Source: Octopus sinensis
Taxonomy: Eukaryota
Length of the DNA: 25,967 nucleotides
Assembly (NCBI RefSeq): GCF_006345805.1
Contig: NW_021836033.1
Span: forward strand, 1 to 25,967
Direction of reading: 5' to 3'
Numbering within the stretch: position 1 is the first letter of the stretch; each line of letters begins with the position of its first letter. Both the position numbers and the translations under genes were made by a program. The notes under the pieces are model-generated. The model was given only the letters and a program-made list of their open reading frames with translations. It made no database searches and had not been told where the DNA came from. Below, piece after piece: positions 9,390 to 20,996 of this stretch.

Positions 9390-9540
9390 ACCTCCTTCCT
9401 GGAGTCCTGTAGCCTGAAATCAGCCTCCACCTTCACTATTTCTTCCCACAACTTTTTTTTTAGTCTTCCTCTTGGCTATGTCCCTTCCACTTGAATCATT
9501 TTGGCCTTTTCCACTCATCTGCCATCCTTCATACATATCA
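9390..9540 (-). pseudogene. Decayed RTE-clade LINE ORF C-terminus
   Basis: One minus-strand frame reads VEKAKMIQVEGT*PRGRLKKKLWEEIVKVEADFRLQ, resembling the RTE C-terminal motif V-x-G-x-R-x-RGRP-x-x-x-W-x-x-x-V-x-x-D. One in-frame stop. Confidence 0.6.
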
Positions 9541-10319
9541 CGCTGACAGCAACGACCATCAATTCATATGCTATTTTACTGATTGTGAAAAACCGCATCA
9601 GCCAACAGGTAATTAAATTATTGGTATTATCTTAATCAGGACTAAACACTGAAACTAAACAACATTGACGATTGTGTCAAGAAGATATTCTAAGTGTCAA
9701 CAAAGGAATTCTAAAGTATCTGGAATGAAATTCTGAAGTGTGAAATAAAAAAAAAAAAAAGAAATTTCTATTGAATTTCTAATTTAAACAAATTAAAAAA
9801 AATAGCTTTCACAACATTTTTCAAATAAATCAGACTATGCATATGTGTGGGTGGATACATATGTGTATATGGTATATATACATATATATGTGTGTGTGTA
9901 TACATATATATATATATATGTAAATATATTTTTTAAATTAAAATTTAGGGTACCTCAGAGATACCACCACACTGGAAATAGCAGCCAAAACTTGACTCTA
10001 AAATCACATTAAATGTTCATACAGCACCATATATTTCTATATTTATATATTGTTGCTATTATGTTAAACTGTCATACATCCAAATTTGGCCAAATGCAGT
10101 ATTGTCAAAATTTATTAAGTGCTTATCCTGAAGCTCTATATTTTGGGGTTCTTTTGGTCAAACTATCGTATCTCCAGCTGCTTCAGATGCCAAGATATCA
10201 GAAATTGTCAAAGTGTAGGACAATAGTTTTGCTATGGAATGGTGAAACTATTTTATCGTTTACTGAAAAAGTAACACTTTGGACTTACGACACTTTTGTA
10301 TAATAGCAATAATATATAT

Positions 10320-10358
10320 CTAGATAGATAGATAGATAGAGAGGTAAAAAGGTAGATT

Positions 10359-10415
<57 letters not shown>

Positions 10416-10576
10416 GTAGGTAGGTAGGTATGTAGATAGATAGATAGATAATAGGTAGGTAGGTAGGTAGGTAGGTAGGTAGGTAGATAGATAAATAGAT
10501 AGATAGATAGATAGACAGATAGACAGATAGATAGATAGATAGATAAATAAACAGATAGATAGATAGATAAATAGAC

Positions 10577-10618
<42 letters not shown>

Positions 10619-10648
10619 ATAAACAGATAGATAGATAGATAAATAGAC

Positions 10649-10688
<40 letters not shown>
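10320..10688. repeat. (GATA)n/(GGTA)n compound microsatellite
   Basis: Direct reading. Confidence 0.97.
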
Positions 10689-10729
10689 CATCATCATTGT
10701 TTAACGTCTGCCTTCCATGCTAGCATGGG
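10688..10729 (-). mobile_element. Family C extreme 3' fragment
   Basis: CATCATCATTGTTTAACGTCTGCCTTCCATGCTAGCATGGGT. Confidence 0.75.
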
Positions 10730-11399
10730 TGTGTGTATATGTATATATATATATATATATCCTCATGTATCTATATACATAAGTATTTATATTATATAGA
10801 TAGATAGACTAACAGATGTGTGTTATAAATATACACATATGCATGAAGGTATGTACATATAAGAAACCATCAGTGAAAAGATACAAGCATTAAATGCTTA
10901 CATAAACCATAGAATTTCTCTGTAAAAACATGCGAATCATTAAAAAAGGGGTGAAAAAAGGAACAGATTTTATGATTTATGTTTCTTCGATTAAGAAGCA
11001 AAAATTAAAAATTCTAAATTGTTTTGATAAAATGACTCCATTGTTTCTTCTATATTGTTATATCTAGTAATTATTGATCATTTGCATGGAATAATTTCAG
11101 ATACAACAACATTAATTTCTTCACTTATGATCCACATTTCTATAAAGAAGAATCTTCGCAGAACAAAGATAATGAATGTCAGAATCACGTAGAAACTGTT
11201 CAAATTTGAATTTAAAGAGGGAACAGAAAGAAATAAAGAAAGAAATTAACCTGAAAAGGTAGCAACAAATTATATATATAAAAAAAAAAAAATATATCGT
11301 GTTATTTCAGAATCTTGTTAAAAAAAAAAAAACTGTTATGAGTAAATAATCAAATTATAAAAACGAAATCTGTAATTACTGGAACATTAATAAGAATGA

Positions 11400-11735
11400 C
11401 AAATAAAAATGATGACAATGACAGAAATGCTGAAGATGATGGCGGCGGCGGAAAAGGTGATGACGACGATAATGGTAATGGTGGAGATGATGACGACAAT
11501 CACAGGGTTGGTGGAAGAGGTGATGATGATGACGACGATGATGATAGTGATGATGATAATGCTAGTAGTAGTAGTAGTAGTAGTGATGATGGTGGGGTTG
11601 CTAGTGATGGTGATGATGATAATGATGATTATAGTGGTGTTACTGATGCTGGCAATGATGATGATTATGATGATGGTTGTGGTGATGACAATGACGATGG
11701 TGATGACAATAATAACAACAAGCAACAATAATGGT
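11400..11735. repeat. Degenerate (GAT/GGT/AAT)n low-complexity tract
   Basis: Direct reading; gives homopolymeric ORFs on both strands. Confidence 0.9.
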
Positions 11736-11857
11736 AATACAGTTTGCCATGGAAATGAAAAGGTCAATATATTTTCTCTCGAATGGCAAACAAAGTGATA
11801 ATTTGTATATTGATAATAATGTTTATTTTTTTTTTGGTAAGTTTTCCCTTTTTTTTT

Positions 11858-12040
11858 TTTTACTTGTTTCAGTCATTGGACTGTGACCATGCTGGGGCAT
11901 TACCTTCAAGGTGTTTAGTAGAACAAATCGACCTCAGTATTTATTTTAAAGCCTGGTGCTTATTCTATCAGTCTCTTTTACCAAACTGCTAAGTTACAAT
12001 GATGTAAATAAACCAACAGCAGATGTCAAGTAGTGATGAG
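11858..12040 (-). mobile_element. Family A-related SINE 3' half, variant subfamily
   Basis: TTTACTTGTTTCAGTCATTGGACTGTGACCATGCTGG..., with AAAGCCTGGTGCTTATT in place of the usual GTAAGCCTAGTACTTATT. Confidence 0.75.
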
Positions 12041-12071
12041 GGAGTAACATACATACATTTATATTACCTTA

Positions 12072-12507
12072 TTCTTTTACTCTTTTATTTCTTTCAGTCA
12101 TTTGACTGTGGCCATGCTGGGGCACTGCCTTTAGTTGGGCAAATCAACCCCAGGACTTATTCTTTGTAAGCCTAGTACTTATTCTATCGGTTTCTTTTGC
12201 TGAACCACTAAGTTACGGGAATGTAAACACACCAGCATCAGTTTTCAAGCAATGGTGGAGGGACAAACACAGACACAAATAATACACACACACATATATG
12301 ACAGGCTTCTTTCAGTTTCCATCTACCAAATCCACTCACAAGACTTTGGTTGGCCCAAGGTTATAGTAGAAGACACTTGCCCAAGGTGCCATACAGTGGG
12401 ACTGAACCTAGAACCATGTGGTTGGTAAGCAAGCTCCTTTTATTCATATGATTTGCCACAAGGGCATTACATAGATGTAGCAAGCTACTTACCACACAGC
12501 TACTCCA
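12072..12507 (-). mobile_element. Family A SINE, full length, head interrupted by a 43-nt insertion
   Basis: Matches the other A copies; AGCAAGCT is duplicated at 12428-12435 and 12479-12486. Confidence 0.88.
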
Positions 12508-12664
12508 AGCTTCTTTCAGTTTCCATCTACCAAATCCACTCATAAAGCTTTGGTCAGCCCGAGATTTATAGCAAAAGACACTTTCCCAAAGTGTTACACA
12601 GTGGGATTGAACTCAAGACCACATGAATGGGAAACAAGATTCTTATCCACGCAGCCATGCCTGC
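12508..12664 (-). mobile_element. Family A SINE 5' half, diverged
   Basis: CTTCTTTCAGTTTCCATCTACCAAATCCACTC ... CCACGCAGCCATGCCTGCA. Confidence 0.8.
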
Positions 12665-12825
12665 ATCTATATTTGATTTTATTCAAATTTTTTTCTACTA
12701 AATTTTAGAAAGTTTACTTCATCTAGAAAATATTCAAATACCAAATTCTTTTGTCCCATTAACAAAGGTATATATAATTCTTACCAACATGAGTAAAAGA
12801 AATTCTGAACATATTATACCCTTAT

Positions 12826-13233
12826 ACATGTTTCAGTTATATAGCTGCAGCCATGCAGGAGCACTGCCTTTCGTTGAAGAAACCAACCCCAGGACTTATT
12901 CTTTGTAAGCCTAGCACTTATTCTATCGGTCTCTTTTGTTGAACTGCTAAGTTTTGGGGACATAAGCACACCAACATCAGTTATCAAGCAATGTTGGTTG
13001 GGGGGAGGGGGGACAAATACAGTCACAAAGACATATACACATAAATATATACACATATAAATATATATAAATATATATACATATGCACAATGGGCTTCAT
13101 TCAGTTTCTATCTACAAAATCCATTCACAGGGATACAGTAGAAGACACTTGCCCAAGGTGCCACACAGTGGGACTGAACCCGGAACTATGCGGTTAGAAA
13201 GCAAGCTTCTTACCACACAGCCACGCCTGCACC
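12826..13233 (-). mobile_element. Family A SINE, full length with a small internal deletion
   Basis: Tail at 12826; head CTTACCACACAGCCACGCCTGCACC. Confidence 0.88.
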
Positions 13234-13447
13234 CATATTAGCTTAATGAATTTTGCCTTTAATATCTTAGGATTTTATAGATTTCTCTTTTCACTCCTTC
13301 TTTTCTAGATATTATTTGAAAAATGGAGATATAAGCACCCACCACATACACACATATAAATATTAAAGCTCCAGCATGGGCATAGCCCTTGGGCTAGAGT
13401 TAGTGAAGGAAAAAAATAGATATGATATGTAAAAATCATCATCATCA

Positions 13448-13614
13448 CTCACGGAGTGGTTGGAGTTAGGAAGGGCATCCAGCTGTAGAAACATTGCCAG
13501 ATAAGACTGGAGCCTGGTGCAGCCTTCTGGCTTCCCAGATCCCCGGTCGAACCGTCCAACCCATGCTAGCATGGAGAACGGACATTAAACGATGATGATG
13601 ATGATGATGATGAT
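13448..13614 (+). mobile_element. Family C element, 5'-truncated, with (GAT)n tail
   Basis: GAGTGGTTGGAGTTAGGAAGGGCATCCAGCTGTAGAAAC...CCATGCTAGCATGG...TTAAACGATGATGAT. Confidence 0.88.
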
Positions 13615-13738
13615 CATGCATGGGAAGGATGATTCACAGGAGCTGGCCAGGTAGAAAAACTACTCTAGTCTACTGTGTGTTTTGGCAGGGTCTTTATAGC
13701 TGGATGCCCTTCCTAACACCAACCACTCTGCAGAGTGG
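13615..13738 (-). mobile_element. Older family C copy, inverted
   Basis: GCATGGG...ACAGGAGCTGGCCAG...GCTGGATGCCCTTCCTAACACCAACCACTCTGCAGAG. Confidence 0.75.
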
Positions 13739-14070
13739 TAACATTTATACATATTAGATATAGATATTTATATGTATGAGTATAACATATAATAGATATT
13801 TATCTGCATATATACATTATCTTCATTTTAACATCCACTTTTCAATGGAATTCAGAATTTACCGAGACAGATTTTCTCTGATTGATGCCCTTCCAGTGAT
13901 GGAGCATTGCCCTAGAGTTAACATGTTTCCATGGAAGACTGGAAATGAATGACACTGCTTGTATGATGCTGATGAATGTTTTATAACTATCACATAATTT
14001 CATCACTAGAAGGCATATACATACACTTATATAGTGGGGTACTCCAATATGAATAGTTTTTTAGCTCTCC

Positions 14071-14650
14071 AGCATTTAAACCGGCCATATCTACTCTGCT
14101 GAGTGGTTGGTGTTAATAAGGGTGTCGAGCTGTAAAAATCCTGCCAAAACAGACACAGAAGTTAGGTGTATGCTTATGCCTCGCCAGCTCCTGTCAATCC
14201 CTCCAACCCATGCCAGCATGGAAAGAGGACGTTAAATGATGATGAGAATGATGATATGCAGCCCAAATATTCTACATGTCTTATGCTTAAGCTGACTGGA
14301 TCCAAACTCTCACACTTAAACTACAATGTCTTTTTAAAAATAAACCGTCACCTCAATAAAATCTCAAAGCTAAAAAATTTATTCATGATTTATTCAAAAC
14401 AATTTGAATAGATAAGCATTTCATTTGAGAGGATAATTTAAATGTTAAAGGGTTAAACCAGCCATATCCAGCCCGGATATTCCACTTGTTTTATGTTCAG
14501 ACTGATTACATCTGACCTCATACACCTGCCCGACAATGCTATTCCAAAAATAAACCAATTACTTCAATAAGCTATGAGATAATACGTGATTTATTGAAAA
14601 CTATGGGAATAAACAGGCATTATATTTGACAGAATAATCTGGCTGCTAAA
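14071..14650. mobile_element. Two tandem copies of a ~200-bp MITE-like repeat (14071-14456, interrupted by family C; 14453-14650)
   Basis: The copies align (TTAAACCRGCCATATC-CAGCCC..ATATTC..AAAAATAAACC..GCATT..ATTTGA). Copy 1 ends AAAGGG-TTAA, as in piggyBac-type termini; the superfamily call is inference. Confidence 0.6.
14092..14255 (+). mobile_element. Family C copy nested in a MITE
   Basis: GAGTGGTTGGTGTT...CCATGCCAGCATGGAAAGAGGACGTTAAATGATGATG; the flanks join to rebuild the MITE sequence. Confidence 0.82.
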
Positions 14651-14871
14651 TGCTTAGTTGAACAAACTGAATAACAAATTGGTTTTCTAAAGACAATTAA
14701 ATTTGCATAATGAGCTGGAACTTTTTCAGACATTCGTTTAGCTGCTGAAATTTCAACGAAAAGACAGCCATGAATAGACAATGCGTACATACAAGAGCTG
14801 GTGGAAGGGAACTACACCAACATATCCTTCTCAAGGTTCACATTGGTGTTATTAATCCTTTCTATTATACT

Positions 14872-15260
14872 CTCTCTTTTGCTCTTTTTCTTGTTTCAGT
14901 CATTTTGACTGCGGCCATGCTGGAGCACCACGTTTAGTCGAGCAAATCAACCCCAGGACTTATTCTTTGTAAGCCTAGTACTTATTCTATTGGTCCCCTT
15001 ATGCCTAACCGCTAAGTTACAGGGACATAAACACACCAGCATCGGTTGTCAAGCGATGTTGGGGGGGGGGACAAACACAGAGGCACAAACACACACACAT
15101 ACACACACATATAAATATATATGCTGGGCTTCTTTCAGTTTCCATATACCAAATCCACTCACAAGGCTATATTAGTAGACACTTGCCCAAAGTGCCACGC
15201 AGTGGGACTGAACCCGGAACCATGTGGTTGGTAAGCAAGCTACTTACCACACAGCCACTC
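14872..15260 (-). mobile_element. Family A SINE, near full length
   Basis: Matches the other A copies from the tail to TACTTACCACACAGCCACTC. Confidence 0.9.
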
Positions 15261-15471
15261 AAGCACAAGGCCTGAAATTTGGAGGAGGGGAATAGTTGAT
15301 TATATTGACCCCCCCCCCCCCCCCAGTACTCAACTGCTACTTATCTTAACAGTCCCGAAAGGATGAAAGGCAAAGTCGACCTCGGCAGAATTTGAACTCA
15401 GAACGTTAAGGTGGACGAAATGCCACTAAGTATTTTAGTTGACATACTAACAATTCTGCCAGCTGACCACC
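15261..15471 (-). mobile_element. Family B' SINE, near full length
   Basis: GAAAGGATGAAAGGCAAAGTCGACCTCGGCAGAATTTGAACTCAGAACG ... ATTCTGCCAGCTGACCACC. Confidence 0.85.
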
Positions 15472-15480
15472 TTAATAATA

Positions 15481-15601
15481 ATTTCAAATTTTGGCTCAAG
15501 GCCAGCAATTTGACAATTTGAGGGGAGGGGCTAAGTCAATTGCATTGATTGCAGTACTCAACAGGTACTTATTTTATCGACATCAAAAGGATGAAAGGCA
15601 G
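15481..15601 (-). mobile_element. Family B' SINE 3' fragment
   Basis: AAATTTTGGCTCAAGGCCAGCAATTT...GGTACTTATTTTATCGAC...AGGATGAAAGGCA. Confidence 0.75.
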
Positions 15602-15970
15602 CATAGTAATAATAATAATGATGATGATGATGATGATTTCATTTATTTGCCACAAGGGTGAAGGTTGAGGGGGACAATACAAGGACAGACATAAAGTGTG
15701 GGGCTTTACACATAATGAAATGATAAAAAAAAAGGTAAGAATAATAATGATTTCTTTATTGACGACAATGGGATTAAATTAATGATAATGAAATTTTTTT
15801 TTTTGGCCAGATTCCTGGGAAAACAAGAATCTATGAGACTCAAAGAGCTGTGCTGACATCAACCACCCACATTCTCAGGAAGTTTTTTTCCAATTAATAT
15901 ATATATACATGCCTTAGGACTCTGGTTGAGACCCAGTTGGAAGATGAAATTAAATGCGAACCAATCAGAA

Positions 15971-15971
<1 letters not shown>

Positions 15972-16052
<81 letters not shown>

Positions 16053-16064
16053 GTAATAATAATA

Positions 16065-16110
<46 letters not shown>
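15972..16110. repeat. (AAT)n microsatellite
   Basis: Direct reading. Confidence 0.97.
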
Positions 16111-16112
<2 letters not shown>

Positions 16113-16219
16113 GTTTCAAATCTTGACACAAGGCCAGCAACTTTTGGATAAGGGGCTAAGTCAGTTATATTGACCTCAGTGCTCAATTGGTATTTATTTT
16201 ATCGACCCCTGAAAGGATT
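16110..16219 (-). mobile_element. Family B' SINE 3' fragment with long (AAT)n adjacent
   Basis: CACAAGGCCAGCAAC...GGTATTTATTTTATCGACCCCTGAAAGGAT. Confidence 0.75.
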
Positions 16220-16297
16220 AATAATAATAACAGCAAAACAGCAACAACAACAATAATAACAATAAAGAGATGAAAATAAAACTGAAAGAAGAAAAAC

Positions 16298-16335
<38 letters not shown>

Positions 16336-16569
16336 GGCATAAATCATCCTTACCTGCCACTTTTGAGTCATAAGCAACACCAACACCACATTTAGAATTA
16401 TCTCTTTCGCAGCAGCAACCTCTCCAGCGCAACGTGTTCCATGGCTGAAATAGAAGAACATATTTAGAGATGAATAAATAAACAAGGATGTAATATTTGT
16501 CACCCTCACCATTTAATGTCTGTGCTTCAAGCTGGAATATGTTGGATTCTGAGCCAGAATTTTGTGGCA

Positions 16570-16700
16570 AGCTCCACTGTCTGAACTGTCGTGGTTTCTA
16601 TGGCTGGATGCCCTTCCTAATGCCAACCACTTTATAGAGTGTAATGGATGCTTTTTAAGTGGTGCCAGCACCAGAGATATCACTTAGTAACTTACAAGAT
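16570..16700 (-). mobile_element. Family C internal fragment
   Basis: GTTTCTATGGCTGGATGCCCTTCCTAATGCCAACCAC...GAGTG. Confidence 0.7.
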
Positions 16701-16789
16701 CCGCCCCGCCCCCCCGCCCACGACCACCACCACTGAAGAAGGGTGTAGTAATTAGGGAGGTGGCTTTATGTGGTTTTGTGTGTGTGTAT

Positions 16790-17187
16790 ACTCTTTACTC
16801 TTTTACTTGTTTCAGTCATTTGACTGCGGCCATGCTGGAGCACCGCCTTTAATCGAGCAAATCGACCCCAGGACTTATTCTTTTGTAAGCCCAGTACTTA
16901 TTCTATCGGTCTCTTTTTGCCGAACCGCAAAGTAACGGGGACATAAACACACCAGCATCGGTTGTCAAGCAATGCTAGGGGGACAAACACAGACACACAA
17001 ACACACACATGCATATACATATATTTACATATATACGATGGGCTTCTTTCAGTTTCCGTCTACCAAATTCACTCACAAGGCTTTGGTTGGCCCAAGGCTA
17101 TAGTAGAAGACACTTGCCCAAGGTGCCACGCAGTGGGACTGAACCCGGAACCATGTGGTTGGTAAACAAGCTACTTACCACACAGCC
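16790..17187 (-). mobile_element. Family A SINE, near full length, young-looking
   Basis: Retains many CpGs; matches 8128-8527 closely. Confidence 0.92.
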
Positions 17188-17199
17188 AGTATGTGTATG

Positions 17200-17352
17200 T
17201 GGTTATGTGACTATGAAGTTTGCTTCCCAAACACATGGTTTCTAGTTCAATCTCAATGTGTGATGCTTTTGACAAGTGTCTTTCACTACAGTTCCAGATT
17301 ATCCCAAAGTCTTGTGAGTGGATTTGATAGAAAGAAGCTTAAAGAAACCATT
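17200..17352 (+). mobile_element. Old diverged family A-like SINE 5' half
   Basis: CACATGGTTTCTAGTTCAATC...GACAAGTGTCTT...CTTGTGAGTGGATTTG. Confidence 0.65.
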
Positions 17353-17725
17353 GCCAATGTCAACAAAAGCACGCTTAGGCTTCTTGACTTATCATAATAT
17401 GCTGTACGCTCTTTATAAACAAAAGGCTCATTCACATAGTATCGTTTGCTTCCAGTTCTCCATGCAAGCATATCAGGGCTGTTTGTTGTTGAATAGACCA
17501 AGAGATTATTATTTCACTTGGAAAACAAATGGAGGATGGCATTTGGCAATAGAAAATTCTGCTTAGCTAAACTAATCCTTCAACCCACACAAGCATCTAA
17601 AAATAAATTCTTTTATTCTTTTTAGATATTAAAGCAATGATAATTACATGTTGTTTTTTTTTTTAGCTGAGGTAACTATGTACCTCCCCAAAAGTAAAAC
17701 ATCTGTTCCTGTCCTCTCTATCATA

Positions 17726-17771
17726 TTTTAATCTCTCAGCATCTTTTATGCAAGGTGCTGAGAGGTTAAAA
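17726..17771 (+). other. Isolated 20-bp hairpin with 6-nt loop
   Basis: TTTTAATCTCTCAGCATCTT / AAGGTGCTGAGAGGTTAAAA; both mismatches are U-G wobbles. Confidence 0.85.
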
Positions 17772-18269
17772 CCACCTATCTAGAGCATCCTGCCTCAGGG
17801 CAGCTCCCACCTGGAGTATCAGAACCAGAATCATTCAAAGAACGTAATGACATGTTCATTTACGAAATATCCAGACTGTCTTCAAAAAAAGAATTACATT
17901 TTTGTGCATTGATTGTGTTTCTGACATCTACAGCCATGACCCAAAAACAATATAATATGAAAGGATAGCAAAAGCTTTTTGGAAATAGTTCTTGCAACTA
18001 GGAATGAAAGCGGAATAAAATGTATTCAGTGCTTGATGGATCAACAACTTAATAGACCTTTTTTTCTTCATTTAATATATAACAAAAACAAAAACAAAAT
18101 AAATATAAAACAAACAAGGAAATAAAATAAATGAATAATAGATGAGGTAATTAATAGCAGACTGAAAGTTCTAAGAGCCGGCCCGAGGAGAAGAAAGCAA
18201 TCAATTGGTTAACTGATGCCATATAATCAAAAGACTGGAAATAGATTCTATCAAATTCTGATTAAATTT

Positions 18270-18492
18270 GAGGTGTGTGTGTATCATGTATCTACATGTG
18301 CGCCTGTTTGTATGTATGTATGTGTATATGTATGTCTGCATGTATATATGTATATGTGAGTACGTGTGCATAGGAGTACGTGTGTGAGTATGTATGAATG
18401 TCTGTAAGCACATGTGTACGAATGTGCATATGGATGCATGTGTACATGCATATGTCTATTTTAGTGTATGTATGCGTGTGCATGTATGTATA
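18270..18492. repeat. Degenerate (TATG/TG)n tract
   Basis: Direct reading. Confidence 0.85.
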
Positions 18493-19014
18493 TGATTTTC
18501 ACTTTTTTTTTAGGTTTTTTTTTCGGAAGTCTATAAACCTATAATTTGGATATTGATTGAAATTGAAATATAAAATTATGCATAGAAAATGGAATAGGAA
18601 TTAAAAGAAACATGAAAAGCATTTGAAATAACAACAACAGCAACAACAACAACAGCTGCGATAACATCACCACCACTAACAACAATTTGAAACTTCAAAG
18701 AAACTAAAATAATTTCAAACAAATAAAAGAACAAAGAACCTTCCCCCCCTAAAAAAAAATCTGAAAGAATTTTATTGTTTTTTTTTTTCCAGCTAAATGA
18801 TTATGAAATGTAGAATTGTATGCCATTTTTTAATTACACATACCCACATACATACATAATTTAATTTACATATCCATTTCATACACACATAAGACTAAGC
18901 AGTACAATTTTAGTTCATCGAAGTGAAACATCCTGAAATATGTCATATACACCCAGTAAGAGTTTTTCTTTCTCGACCTCCTTGTTGTTTACCTCAGGCA
19001 CCTCAGATATGGAA

Positions 19015-19387
19015 CATCATCATCATCATCATTGTTTAACGTCCGCTTTCCATGCTAGCATGGGTTGGACGATTTTGACTGAGGGCTGGCGAACCAGACG
19101 GCTGCACCAGGCTCCAATCTTGATCTGGCAGAGTTTCTACAGCTGGATGCCCTTCCAAGCGCCAACCACTCTGAGAGTGTAGTGGGTGCTTTTTACGTGC
19201 CACCGACACAGGGGCCAGTCAGGCGGTACTGGCAACGACCTCGCTCGAATCTTTTTACACGTGCCACCGGCACAGGTGCCAGTGAAGTGACGTTGGTAAC
19301 GATCATGCTCAAACGGTGCCCTTTTACGTGCCACATGTACGGAAGCCAGTTGGCTGCACTGGCAACGATCACACTCAGATTGGCACC
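19015..19387 (-). mobile_element. Family C element, (GAT)n-tailed and probably RTE-related; longest copy
   Basis: (CAT)n-GTTTAACGTCCGCTTTCCATGCTAGCATGGGTTGGAC...CTGGATGCCCTTCC; contains the palindrome CCATGCTAGCATGG. Microsatellite 3' tails are typical of RTE-clade elements; the clade call is inference. Confidence 0.85.
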
Positions 19388-19453
19388 CAGTCCATTACAG
19401 AGTAACTCATCTGTAGCTGATTTGGTCTCTCCCTCTCTCTCTCTCTCTCTCTC

Positions 19454-19489
<36 letters not shown>

Positions 19490-19490
<1 letters not shown>

Positions 19491-19582
19491 CATCATCATC
19501 GTTTAATGTCCTCTTTCCATGCTGGCATGGGTGGGACTGTTTAACAGGAGCTGGCCAGGCAGAAGCCTACACCAGACTACTG
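19490..19582 (-). mobile_element. Family C 3' fragment
   Basis: CATCATCATCGTTTAATGTCCTCTTTCCATGCTGGCATGGG. Confidence 0.8.
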
Positions 19583-20047
19583 AGACTTTTCTGGTAGGAT
19601 ATATGGCTCAGATGAAAGTAGCATTAGTTATTTTAGGCCTTCAATTTTTCTCAGCTGATCAATAGACCGACTGCGTAAACCTATCACTAATGTACCTATA
19701 ATGAATACTGGAAACAGCTGTAAGCCAAATTTACTCTAATAAAGGTAAGATATATAATGACCATTGTTTATGACTTGTCTTATATATATGTGTAAGTGTA
19801 TATGAATGTATGTGTGTGTATGTATGTGTGTGTCTAAAGAAAGGTAATGAAAAATCTACACTTGGAGCACATATGAACATGTATGCCTAAAATTGTTTAC
19901 ATAAATATTCGTATAGGCAGAGCCATTGCTTCTTTACCATGTGGTTTTGGGTTCAGCCTCTCTTTGTTCTGTCATGGACATATGTGACAACACTCGGTGC
20001 CAAGCAGCATTTGCCCAAGTTGGCAGCATTTTTCTTAGATAAATATT

Positions 20048-20255
20048 GGTATCAAATTTTGGCACAAAGCCAGCAAGTTTGAGGGAGAAGGTAAGTTGAT
20101 TACATCGACCCCAGTGTATAACTGGTGCTTATTTTATTGACTCTGTAAGGAGGAAAAGTAATGTTGATCTCAGTGGAATTTGAACTCAGAACATAAAGAC
20201 AGATGAAATGCTGCCAAGCATTTTCCATGGCATGCTAATGATTCTGCCAGCATGC
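20048..20255 (-). mobile_element. Family B' SINE, full length, diverged
   Basis: Aligns with 15261-15471 and 20997-21204. Confidence 0.85.
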
Positions 20256-20310
20256 TTCCTTTTTTTTTTAGATAAATATTGGTGGAATAATATTTCTTTT
20301 TAGATAAATC

Positions 20311-20640
20311 ATCATCATCATTTAACATCCAGTGTCCATACTGGCATGGGTTGGACAATTTGACTGGGCTGGTAAGCTGGAAGGCTGCACCAGGAACCAG
20401 TTTGATTTGGCATGGTTTTCTACAGCTGGCTGCCCTCTCTTATGCCAACCACTCCAAGAGTGTAAGGAATGCCTTTACATGCCACACTCATGGGTGCCAT
20501 TAGCATATCACCGGTATCTGCCACAACTACAATGTCACTTAGCTTGATGGGTTTTCTTCTCAAGCATGACATAATGCCAAAGGTCTTGGTCATTGCCTCT
20601 GTGAGGCCCAACACTCGAAAGGAGCACAGCCACTTTGCCT
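20311..20640 (-). mobile_element. Family C copy
   Basis: CATCATCATCATTTAACATCC...GCATGGGTTGGAC...CTACAGCTGG...CCAACCACTCC. Confidence 0.8.
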
Positions 20641-20721
20641 CCAATGGTGGAATAATAAAATGTTCTTTTTTTAGATAAATATTGGCGGAATAATAATATC
20701 TTTTTTTTTTAGATAAATATT

Positions 20722-20951
20722 TATTTCTCTATTGCCCACAGGGGGCTAAACATAGAAGGAACAAACAAGGACAGACAAAGGGATTAAGCTGATTACACCA
20801 ACTCCAGTGCGTAACTGGTACTTGTTTAATCGACCACGAAAGGATGAAAGGCAAAGTCAATCTCAGTAGAATTTGAACTCAGAGTGTAATGACAGATGAA
20901 ATACTGTTAAGTATTTCACCCAGCATGCTAACGATTCTGCCAGCTCGCCGG
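20722..20951 (-). mobile_element. Family B SINE monomer, full length
   Basis: Aligns with 4227-4457. Confidence 0.88.
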
Positions 20952-20996
20952 CTTATTTAAATAAATACTGGTTTCACAATAATTATTAATAACAAT

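Noticed and set aside
9464-9608. Open 145-nt exon-like segment with good splice sites and a zinc-finger-like FICYFTDCEK
   Set aside because: Mostly antisense to the decayed RTE fragment, the acceptor T-tract belongs to that relic, and the His ligands are absent. Not fully excluded without RNA data.
11387-11798. Long ORFs (Asp/Gly-rich, Met/Val-rich, Ile/Thr-rich)
   Set aside because: Overlapping frames on both strands are open because of a degenerate trinucleotide tract; no splice or domain support.
16199-16570. Minus-strand ORF with a strong-looking donor AATG|GTGAGG
   Set aside because: Its upstream boundary runs into a family C fragment with no good acceptor, and the rest is microsatellite.
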